Positions 8,027 through 15,056 of a stretch of DNA of 17,902 nucleotides are shown piece after piece. The notes beneath the pieces were generated by a model. It saw nothing but the letters and a program-made list of their open reading frames with translations. It ran no database searches and was not told the DNA's origin. The position numbers were made by a program, and so were the translations under genes. The first letter of the stretch is position 1. The number at the start of each line of letters is the position of its first letter. The DNA is from Thermoproteaceae archaeon (GTDB lineage: Archaea; Thermoproteota; Thermoprotei; Thermoproteales; Thermoproteaceae): contig JAJHRB010000029.1 in assembly GCA_020833025.1 (NCBI GenBank), forward strand, positions 1-17,902, read 5' to 3'.

Positions 8027-8398
8027 TCACTCTGCCGTCACCTCCTCGAGCAGCTTGAGCGTCTCGCCGCCTCCCAGCTTGATTCTCTGCCACAGCAGCG
8101 AGTTCTTACAGAGCACATATCTCACGCGCGCTCTCGTGTCGTCCCGCTGCAGCATGCCCACGCCAACGAGCCTCTCCAGCACGTATCTCACAAGCGTCAG
8201 CACGACAGGCTTTGTCGTATCAACGCCCCCGGACATGAGAACCCTTCTCGGCGTGAACGAGACGCACGACCCCCTCGCCTCGCTCACCATCTTCTGCATG
8301 CCTTGGTACACCACCTTCAGCACGGACTTGAAGTCGGACAAGTCAAAGCGAGGGTTCATGCTACCGTCATGCGCGCGCAATTTAACCTCAGCGAGCAC
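8027..8398 (-). CDS. hypothetical protein, possibly winged-helix-like
   Basis: Fills the gap between yjbQ and thiL on the same strand. The helix-turn-helix-plus-wing pattern (TPRRVL...LTLVRYVLERLVGVGML...RVRYVL) is my inference. Start codon uncertain. Confidence 0.6.
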   Translation of the reverse strand: MLAEVKLRAHDGSMNPRFDLSDFKSVLKVVYQGMQKMVSEARGSCVSFTPRRVLMSGGVDTTKPVVLTLVRYVLERLVGVGMLQRDDTRARVRYVLCKNSLLWQRIKLGGGETLKLLEEVTAE

Positions 8399-8463
8399 GC
8401 AATTACATATGCAGGAAAAATGCGCCTGTATGGCGTCTTAATGGGGGCGGCAGGCGCGCCCTG

Positions 8464-8874
8464 CTACTCGCCCACCACGACGACAATGACCCTGCGCGCG
8501 CGCGGCCCGTCCATTTCAATCATCATTACGTCTTGCCACGTGCCGCGGGCTGCCCTGCCGTTGATCACCGGCACTACTAGGTGCGGGCCCAGAAACACAT
8601 TCGCCAGGTGGGCATTCGCGTTGTCGTCAATCTCGTCGTGCCGGTAGCCGGCATTGCGCGGGAATAGCTGGCGGAGCTTGCTAAGGATGTCCTCCTTCAG
8701 GCGCGGCTCGTTCTCGTTGACCGCCAGCATTGCCGTGGCGTGCGGCACGTAAATCAGCGCAATTCCGCGCTTGATGCCACTCCTCTCGATGGCGCTCTCA
8801 ATCCCGCCGGTTATGATGACTATGTCCTCTCTGGACCTGGTCTGAACCTGCAGTTCCTCGACGTGGACCCTCAC
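8464..8874 (-). CDS. yjbQ: YjbQ/UPF0047 family protein (secondary thiamine-phosphate synthase activity described in homologues)
   Basis: PHATA..VNENEP.L..D, Y.HD..D.NA.AHL, GTWQ....E.DGPR.R.V. Confidence 0.92.
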   Translation of the reverse strand: MRVHVEELQVQTRSREDIVIITGGIESAIERSGIKRGIALIYVPHATAMLAVNENEPRLKEDILSKLRQLFPRNAGYRHDEIDDNANAHLANVFLGPHLVVPVINGRAARGTWQDVMMIEMDGPRARRVIVVVVGE

Positions 8875-8907
8875 GCCGCGACGCGGGCCAGTGCTATAAA
8901 TGCGCAG

Positions 8908-9645
8908 CTATACAGCGGCCGAGAGCGCGCCCGCGGCCAGCCCCGACAGCAAGTTCACCGACTCATTCGTGAGCGCCCCGCGCCTGACGCAAGAGGCCGC
9001 CGTGCCGCTTGCGAGCTCGCCGTTGCAGATGCGCCCAGTCTGCAGCGCCGCTCCAAGCAGGCTGTCCGCGAGCTCGCCGACATATCCGAACAGCGCGACC
9101 TTCCATGCCGGCGCGTCGACGCCCATTGCATGTGCCAGGAGCGCAATTGTTAGGGCTCCCGCGGCGGACGCCGCACTGCCGACTAAAGTCACACCGCCTG
9201 AGACTCCGGGTCTCACGCGCCTCCCCGGCGCGAGGATAAACCTTGGAGTGCCTCCGTAGGCGATGCCAACCTCGCTGGCCCACGTGTCTGCAGTCACTGC
9301 AGCCACTGCCGTCACCGCTGCGCAGAGGAGCCTAGAATCGCCCGTGAGCGCATGAAACGCGGCAAATGCCAGTGCGGGAGCCCCCGCGCAGACTACCTGC
9401 ACGGCGCCCCTTCCCGCCACGTCGCGGAGTCCGAGACTCCTCTTCAGCTCAGCGCGCAGCCTAGTGAGCAATGATGACGTGATGAAGAAAACGAGCAGCA
9501 ACGTGAAGAGCGCCGCGTTCATGACAGCTATCGTCACGCCAATTGCAGCCGCGGCGGCGGCGCCTCCAGCCGTGAGGAACTGCCGCCGCACGGCAAGCGC
9601 GGCAAGAGCAGGCACGGCAAGCGCGAGCATCAGTGACGTCTCCAT
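8908..9645 (-). CDS. DUF92 (TMEM19/VTE6-like) integral membrane protein
   Basis: Multiple TM segments and DUF92 motifs FFITSSLLTR, R...QV, ADTWASEVG, SGGVTLVGS, DSLLGAALQ, NESVNLL. ATG 9645 is preferred over GTG 9666 because an AT-rich box (9667-9677) lies 22-32 nt upstream of it. Confidence 0.85.
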   Translation of the reverse strand: METSLMLALAVPALAALAVRRQFLTAGGAAAAAAIGVTIAVMNAALFTLLLVFFITSSLLTRLRAELKRSLGLRDVAGRGAVQVVCAGAPALAFAAFHALTGDSRLLCAAVTAVAAVTADTWASEVGIAYGGTPRFILAPGRRVRPGVSGGVTLVGSAASAAGALTIALLAHAMGVDAPAWKVALFGYVGELADSLLGAALQTGRICNGELASGTAASCVRRGALTNESVNLLSGLAAGALSAAV

Positions 9646-9726
9646 AACGTGCGCAAGCTGCAGCACTTTTAATATTTCGGCAACGGCGCGGCGGGATTAG
9701 TTAAGAGCCCGTGCCGCGAAATTGCC

Positions 9727-10731
9727 ATGGACGTGCTAACGAGACTCCACCGGAAGTACGGCGGAGCCCTTGAGAGGGCCCTCGAGTACTACCTGACAAT
9801 TGACGTCGAGCCGGAGTTCAGGGACGGGGTGCTTTATCAGGTCAGGACGGGGGGCAAGCGCCTGAGGCCGCTGATAACTCTGGCTGCCGCAGAGGCTGTC
9901 TCGGGGCGCTGGGAGCCCGCAATTCCCGCCGCTGCAATTGTCGAGCTGATACACAACTACTCGCTCATTTACGACGACGTAATTGACAGGGGGGAGGTGC
10001 GGCGGGGCGTGCCAACGGTGAGGAAGAAGTACGGCGACAGCGCGGCAATACTCATAGGCGTGTGGTACAGGGAGGCAATAGAGGAGGCGGTGCTAGACAC
10101 GCCCAAGCCGCTGCTGTTCGCCAGAGAGGTCGCAAAGGTGATAAAGGCAATAGACGAGGGGGAGAGGCTCGACGTGCTGCTTGAGTGCGGCGGGCGCCAG
10201 GACCCCTACTTTGTCACCGCGCGCAAGGCGGACGTGTCGCTCGACGACTACATACGCATGGTCTCGCTGAAGACGGGGACTCTAATTGCTGCTGCGGCCA
10301 AGTGGGGCGTGCTTTCTGTCACTGACGATGCAGAACTCGCAGAGGCGGCGTGGAGCTTTGGGATGGGCGCCGGCATAGCGTTCCAGATTATAGACGACGT
10401 GCTCGATATATACGGAGACCCCGAGAAGTTCGGCAAGGAGATCGGAAAGGACATCAAGGAGCGCAAGAGGGGCAACGCCGTGGTGGTTATAGCCTTGGCG
10501 AAACTCCCGCCGCGGGACAGAGAGGAGCTGCTCTCCATACTAGCCAAGGAGAGGGTTGGCGAGGAAGACGTTAAGAGGGCCGTGGCGCTGCTGGACTCCG
10601 TGGGCGTCAGAAGCGAGGCCGTGAGACTGGCTGACAAATACCGCCGCGAGGCGGAGCGCCACCTGGCAAGAATACCAAACAGCGAGGCGCTGAGGGAGCT
10701 GCTGGACTTCATACTAAAGAGGGAGTACTGA
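9727..10731 (+). CDS. idsA: geranylgeranyl diphosphate synthase (short-chain trans-prenyltransferase)
   Basis: GGKRLRP, first Asp-rich motif [14 protein letters not shown] with an aromatic residue at -5 (archaeal C20-type signature), KTG, second motif [16 protein letters not shown]. Confidence 0.93.
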   Translation: MDVLTRLHRKYGGALERALEYYLTIDVEPEFRDGVLYQVRTGGKRLRPLITLAAAEAVSGRWEPAIPAAAIVELIHNYSLIYDDVIDRGEVRRGVPTVRKKYGDSAAILIGVWYREAIEEAVLDTPKPLLFAREVAKVIKAIDEGERLDVLLECGGRQDPYFVTARKADVSLDDYIRMVSLKTGTLIAAAAKWGVLSVTDDAELAEAAWSFGMGAGIAFQIIDDVLDIYGDPEKFGKEIGKDIKERKRGNAVVVIALAKLPPRDREELLSILAKERVGEEDVKRAVALLDSVGVRSEAVRLADKYRREAERHLARIPNSEALRELLDFILKREY

Positions 10732-10850
10732 CTCGCGTGCTGATGTGAGCGAGGGCGCCTGCGTCCCGGCGCTGTTTAGAGGCGATGTCTCCAGCGCGGG
10801 CATCAAGTGGCCAAAAGAACAAAATAAAGCCTCAAGAGCCGGGCACGCAA

Positions 10851-11606
10851 GTGGCGGAGTCCCGAGAGAAGGGCCGGGAAATATACATCGTAAAGTTCGG
10901 CGGCTCCGCCATTACCGATAAGGCAAGGCCGTACACCTTCCTCCGGGGGCTGATAGCGCCAGCCGCCTCGGCGCTCCGCGGGAGGCGGGCCATTCTCATT
11001 CACGGCGCTGGCTCCTACGCTCATCCCCACGTGAGCGCATTCGGGCTCACTCCCCTCGGCACGGCGCTCATTAAGGCATCTCTCAAGCGCCTCACGGCGC
11101 GCGTAATTGAGGAGCTGGCCGAGGCGGGGGTTTACGCAGTCCCGATAGAGCCCAGCGACGTGTTCTGGGGCAGGGCGCTTATTAGGCGGGAGGTTATTGT
11201 GCACGCGCTAGAGCGCGGCATGTACCCCCTCCTTCACGGCGACGTTGTTCCCTCCGATGAGGGGTACGTCGTGCTGAGCGGCGACGACATTGCCGCCGAG
11301 CTAGCCAGGGAGTTCAGCCCCAGGGCGGTGATCTTCCTCATGGGTGCCGACGGCATCTACACCGCGCCGCCGGGAGTGCCGGGCGCCGCGAAAATTAAGA
11401 GGCTCGCGCTCGAAGCCAGCATTGCCGGTGCCTCAGGTATAGACGTGACCGGCGGAGTCCGGAAGAAAGTAGAGGTGGGCATGGCAATTGCCGCCGCGGG
11501 AATACCAGTTTACTTCTGTTCCGTGCTTGATATTGAGTCAATTAAGTCGATACTGCACGGCAGCGGTGCCCACAACTGCACATATGCAGGGCCGGAGGCA
11601 GGCTAG
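10851..11606 (+). CDS. ipk: isopentenyl phosphate kinase (amino-acid-kinase family)
   Basis: IVKFGGSAITDK, IHGAGSYAH, HGDVV, SGDD, DGIY, DVTGG..K. GTG 10851 is preferred over ATG 10785 because AAATAAAG (10822-10829) is 22-29 nt upstream. Directly follows the GGPP synthase. Confidence 0.9.
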   Translation: MAESREKGREIYIVKFGGSAITDKARPYTFLRGLIAPAASALRGRRAILIHGAGSYAHPHVSAFGLTPLGTALIKASLKRLTARVIEELAEAGVYAVPIEPSDVFWGRALIRREVIVHALERGMYPLLHGDVVPSDEGYVVLSGDDIAAELAREFSPRAVIFLMGADGIYTAPPGVPGAAKIKRLALEASIAGASGIDVTGGVRKKVEVGMAIAAAGIPVYFCSVLDIESIKSILHGSGAHNCTYAGPEAG

Positions 11607-11991
11607 CGCTACTCCTGCCGGCAGCGCGGCGCCAGTGCATCGGCTCATGAACGGCGCGCGGCGGGAACTCCCTCAACGTGCCGCGTTTGAGCGCATCCAG
11701 GACGTCTCTCAGCGCGTTTCCCACTGCAATGTAAATCTTTACTCCGCTTGACGTCAGCATTTCGTAAGCCCTCCTCCCGATCGCGCGCACCGCCACTGCA
11801 TCTGGCTTCAACTCGCTAACGAGATCCCACTTGCAGGAGCCCGGCCCCTCCCGCGCCGGATTGCGGACCGCGCTGACTTTGTGCGAGCCCTCGCTCAGCT
11901 CAAGCACAGCAAAATACGGCGCGTCCCCGAAGTGCGCAGATATGGGCGAGTCAAGCCCCCTGTCCTCGTCTACCGGCACCAGCACGCGCAC
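11542..11991 (-). CDS. NifB/NifX (MTH1175-like) dinitrogenase FeMo-cofactor biosynthesis family protein
   Basis: RVLVPV..D.G....IS.HFGDAPYF, DAV....IG.RAYE.L...GVK.Y. The C-terminal ~20 aa overlap the 3' end of ipk. Confidence 0.85.
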   Translation of the reverse strand: MRVLVPVDEDRGLDSPISAHFGDAPYFAVLELSEGSHKVSAVRNPAREGPGSCKWDLVSELKPDAVAVRAIGRRAYEMLTSSGVKIYIAVGNALRDVLDALKRGTLREFPPRAVHEPMHWRRAAGRSSASLPPALHMCSCGHRCRAVST

Positions 11992-12030
11992 GCTCCTGCC
12001 GCTTTCTAAAATTTAAGCCTTTCCTCATTA

Positions 12031-12056
12031 ACTATCACTATTGTTCGTGATAGTGA
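12031..12056. repeat. overlapping inverted repeats (candidate operator)
   Basis: ACTATCAC-N8-GTGATAGT (12031-12054) and TCACTAT-N8-ATAGTGA (12035-12056) in the AT-rich divergent intergenic region. Confidence 0.6.
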
Positions 12057-12094
12057 GTGTTGATAATCGCCTATCGCAGAACTCCACAGCACCG

Positions 12095-12104
12095 TGACAT
12101 GTCA
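12095..12104. promoter_or_regulatory. perfect palindrome TGACATGTCA upstream of the porG TATA region
   Basis: 10-bp palindrome about 10-20 nt upstream of the AT-rich box ATAAAAGTTAAT (12116-12127). A function is only inferred. Confidence 0.4.
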
Positions 12105-12149
12105 TACATAATTACATAAAAGTTAATAATCGCGCAGCGTGCTAGTGGC

Positions 12150-12677
12150 GTGTCGCTTTTGGAGTTCCGCTTCCACGGGCGCGGGGGTCAGGGCATGGTT
12201 ACGGCAGCGCAGCTGCTCGCAGTCGCTGCAGTGATGGAGGGCAAGCACGCCCAGGCGTTTCCTGAGTTCGGGCCGGAGCGCAGGGGCGCGCCCGTCAAGT
12301 CCTACTTGCGCGTCTCAGACCGGCCCATCTATGCGCGCGAGCCCGTGCTGCGCCCGGACGTTATAGTCGTCGCGGACCCCACTCTCTTTAAGTTTGAAGA
12401 CCCCCTGAGCGGCGCCAAGGAGAGCTCGATACTAGTAGTAAACGGCGCGTACAAGTCGCCGCTGAAAACATACTACATAGACGCGACCTCTCTGGCCGTG
12501 AGAGTGCTGGGCAGGCCCGTAGTCAACACCGCACTGGTGGGGGCGGTTATCAGGGCCACGGGAGTTGTCTCCCTGGACACAGCCCTCAGGGCCCTCGGTA
12601 AGTTCTTCAGCGGGAGGCTTTACGAGGCAAACGCAAAGCTCATAGAGCTCGCACACCAGGAAACAGCAGAATTATGA
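12150..12677 (+). CDS. porG: 2-oxoacid:ferredoxin oxidoreductase gamma subunit
   Basis: EFRFHGRGGQG.VTA..LLA, QAFPEFGPERRGAPV..Y.R.S, PD.IVV.D, P.VNT...GA. Confidence 0.93.
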   Translation: MSLLEFRFHGRGGQGMVTAAQLLAVAAVMEGKHAQAFPEFGPERRGAPVKSYLRVSDRPIYAREPVLRPDVIVVADPTLFKFEDPLSGAKESSILVVNGAYKSPLKTYYIDATSLAVRVLGRPVVNTALVGAVIRATGVVSLDTALRALGKFFSGRLYEANAKLIELAHQETAEL

Positions 12678-12985
12678 GCCTCCCGCGGGCCTCGGAGCTG
12701 CCAATAGGCGCCGTGATTACGGAGCCAGGCTCGAGCAGAAGGAACAAGACGGGGAGCTGGAGGGCTTTCAGGCCCGTGATCGATGACAGCAGGTGCATCA
12801 GGTGCCGGATATGCTGGCTTTACTGCCCCGACGGCGCCATAGTGGAGAGGCAGGGCGTGTTTAAAGTCGGCGAGAGAGTGTACGAGGTCAAGTACGAGAT
12901 AGATTACGACTACTGCAAGGGCTGCGGCATCTGCGCGCACGAGTGCCCCGTGAAGGCCATTGAGATAGTCCCGGAGACGCCCTAG
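12674..12985 (+). CDS. porD: 2-oxoacid:ferredoxin oxidoreductase delta subunit (2x[4Fe-4S] ferredoxin-like)
   Basis: KTGSWR.FRPV.D, CIRCRICWLYCP and DYDYCKGCGICAHECP. ATGA overlap with porG. Confidence 0.95.
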   Translation: MSLPRASELPIGAVITEPGSSRRNKTGSWRAFRPVIDDSRCIRCRICWLYCPDGAIVERQGVFKVGERVYEVKYEIDYDYCKGCGICAHECPVKAIEIVPETP

Positions 12986-13016
12986 ATTCTTTTTAAAGAC
13001 GTTTCGATAAGTGGTT

Positions 13017-13673
13017 ATGGCAGCAGAAATAAGAGGTCCGTACCTGGGGATGAAAATACCGGAGGACCTGTGCTTCAAGACCGACATGGGCGAGAAGTGC
13101 TTCCGCGACTACAAGGGGAAGTGGCTGTTGCTCTTCAGCCATCCCGGCGACTTCACGCCGGTGTGTACCACCGAGTTCGTGGCGTTCTCGAGGAAGTATG
13201 AGGAGTTTAAGAAGAGGGGCGTGGAGCTTCTGGGCCTCAGCGTAGATACCGTCTTTAGCCACATCGAGTGGAAGAAGCAAATCGAGCAGGCCTTCGGCAT
13301 CAAGGTTCCGTTCCCCATAATTGCAGATGTGGATATGAAAGTGGCATCGCTCTTCAACGCCATACCGCCTGGGCAGAGCTTGACGGTTAGAACAGTCGCG
13401 TTGATCGACCCAGACCTGAGGCTTGCCTGGTTCGCCGCGTATCCCTACACCAACGGCCGCAATGTCGACGAGATACTGCGCATAATCGACGCTGTACAGT
13501 TCAGCTACAAGTACGGCTACGCAACGCCGGCAGACTGGAAGCCAGGAGATCCCGTAATCGTGCCGCCGCCGGCCACAGTAGAGGCCGCCGAGAAGAGGCT
13601 AAAGGAGCCAGGCGTTGAATGCAAGTACTGGTGGTTCTGCACGAAGAAGTACGAGGAGGTGGTCAGGCGATAG
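13017..13673 (+). CDS. archaeal peroxiredoxin (Prx6-type, AhpC/TSA)
   Basis: FSHPGDFTPVCTTEF (peroxidatic Cys), SVD....H..W, PFPIIAD, GRN.DE..R, TPADW, C-terminal C..WWFC. ATG 13017 is preferred, with TTTTTAAA at about 12990-12997. Confidence 0.95.
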   Translation: MAAEIRGPYLGMKIPEDLCFKTDMGEKCFRDYKGKWLLLFSHPGDFTPVCTTEFVAFSRKYEEFKKRGVELLGLSVDTVFSHIEWKKQIEQAFGIKVPFPIIADVDMKVASLFNAIPPGQSLTVRTVALIDPDLRLAWFAAYPYTNGRNVDEILRIIDAVQFSYKYGYATPADWKPGDPVIVPPPATVEAAEKRLKEPGVECKYWWFCTKKYEEVVRR

Positions 13674-13707
13674 ACGGCGGCATCCGCGCGTACGAGCGCC
13701 CTAATCG

Positions 13708-14406
13708 CTACAGATCGGCGCACTCGCGCAGGTCGCCCCGGTAGAGCGCGTACCCCACTATAACGCCGTCGAACCCTGCCCTCAGCGCCTCCTCCACGTC
13801 CTTGCACGTCCTCACGCCGCCTGCGTAATACAGGCGCCGCGCCAGCTCCCTCATGCGGTTGGTGCTCACCGCGGGGGCCCGGAAGCCGGCGCCCGTGCCC
13901 TCCACGTCGATTGACGTCACGATCAGGGCGGCAAAAACGCCGTGGTCGCGCAGGCGGGTGAGAGCCTCGCCTAGTGGCGCCGCGGCCCTCCTCCACCCGT
14001 CTATCATCACGACATCGCGCCAGACGTCGATGGAGACTGCAAGCCGGCTCCCGTACTTGCCGGCAATCTCGGCGAAGAGCCGCGGCTCCGTGAAGGGCAG
14101 CGAGCCGACGACGGCGGTCTTGCAATTCTCGAGCGTCCACAGAATCGACGCCTCAGACCTCAAGCCGCCGCCGAGCTGGCACCTCCCCCCGAGGAGCCTC
14201 GACACAGCCTCCACCACCGCCACGTTGACCGGGCGCCCTGCCTCAGCGCCGTCCAGGTCGACCACGTGCACGAGCTCGGCGCGCGAGAACCTCCTGGCGA
14301 GCTCCAGCGGGTTCCCGACGAAGACGTACTCCCCCCGCCTTCCGCGCACCCTCTTCACCGCCCTCCCGCCCTCTATGTCTATTGACGGGATGACGGGCGA
14401 TGTCAT
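13708..14406 (-). CDS. hisA: ProFAR isomerase (phosphoribosylformimino-5-aminoimidazole carboxamide ribotide isomerase)
   Basis: VIPSIDI.GGRAV, HVVDLDGA..G...N, QLGGG.RS, VVGS, T.ID..GT..G, YAGGV. Adjacent to hisB. Confidence 0.9.
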   Translation of the reverse strand: MTSPVIPSIDIEGGRAVKRVRGRRGEYVFVGNPLELARRFSRAELVHVVDLDGAEAGRPVNVAVVEAVSRLLGGRCQLGGGLRSEASILWTLENCKTAVVGSLPFTEPRLFAEIAGKYGSRLAVSIDVWRDVVMIDGWRRAAAPLGEALTRLRDHGVFAALIVTSIDVEGTGAGFRAPAVSTNRMRELARRLYYAGGVRTCKDVEEALRAGFDGVIVGYALYRGDLRECADL

Positions 14407-14966
14407 AGCAGCACTCCTTTTGTTGTCGGCGTGCGCTCTGACGGCGCCATGGCCTGCCTGAATGCCAACCCCAGCGCCTTGTGCGCCGCCTCGAGCTTGT
14501 GGTGCGGGTCCCTGCCCCTCACGTACACGTGGACCGTCGCCCTTGCCTCAAGGGCGAGCACTCTGACCCAGTGCTTGAACATGTAGAGCGGGTAGCCGCC
14601 CACCGTCACGTTCGGGAGCCTCGCCCTGACGACCCAGTAGGCCCTGCCGCCAAGATCCACGGCCGCCAGCGCGAGAGAGTCGTCCATCGGTACTGCCGAC
14701 CAGCCGAACCTAGCAATGCCCTCTCTATTGCCGAGGAGCTGGCCTAACGCCCTGCCGAGCGCTATCGCGGCATCCTCTATTATGTGGTGCCCGTCGTCCA
14801 GCTTTCTTCTCTCCCTCGCCTCTACCACGCCGCCTATCCCGGCGTAGAGCAGAAATGTCTCGAGCATGTGGGTGAAGAGGGGCAGTGGCGTCTCGACACG
14901 CGGCTTCTCGCCGCGCCTCAGCGTGACGGAGACGTACGTCTCGTCCGTCTCTCTGACGGACGACAC
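14403..14966 (-). CDS. hisB: imidazoleglycerol-phosphate dehydratase
   Basis: RETDET, HMLE, DGHHIIED, RFG....PMDD, D.GGR, DPHH..EA..KALG.A. Confidence 0.95.
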   Translation of the reverse strand: MSSVRETDETYVSVTLRRGEKPRVETPLPLFTHMLETFLLYAGIGGVVEARERRKLDDGHHIIEDAAIALGRALGQLLGNREGIARFGWSAVPMDDSLALAAVDLGGRAYWVVRARLPNVTVGGYPLYMFKHWVRVLALEARATVHVYVRGRDPHHKLEAAHKALGLAFRQAMAPSERTPTTKGVLL

Positions 14967-15056
14967 CGCGTGATGCGCGCAGCGCGCTATTTATGGTTGA
15001 CAGCGCCTGGCCCGCTCAGGACCCCGGGCCCTCCGGGGCAGCCGGATTGGGGGCGG

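Noticed and set aside
8220-8250. VLMSGGVDT in the 123-aa ORF resembling a PP-loop (MnmA/ThiI-like)
   Set aside because: The protein is too short for a PP-loop ATPase and the context fits a helix-turn-helix. Probably coincidental.
8813-8846. Box C (ATGATGA) and box D (CTGA)-like words; similar ATGATGA near 9471
   Set aside because: They are antisense inside CDSs, and the spacing is too short or the D box is missing for a two-guide C/D sRNA.
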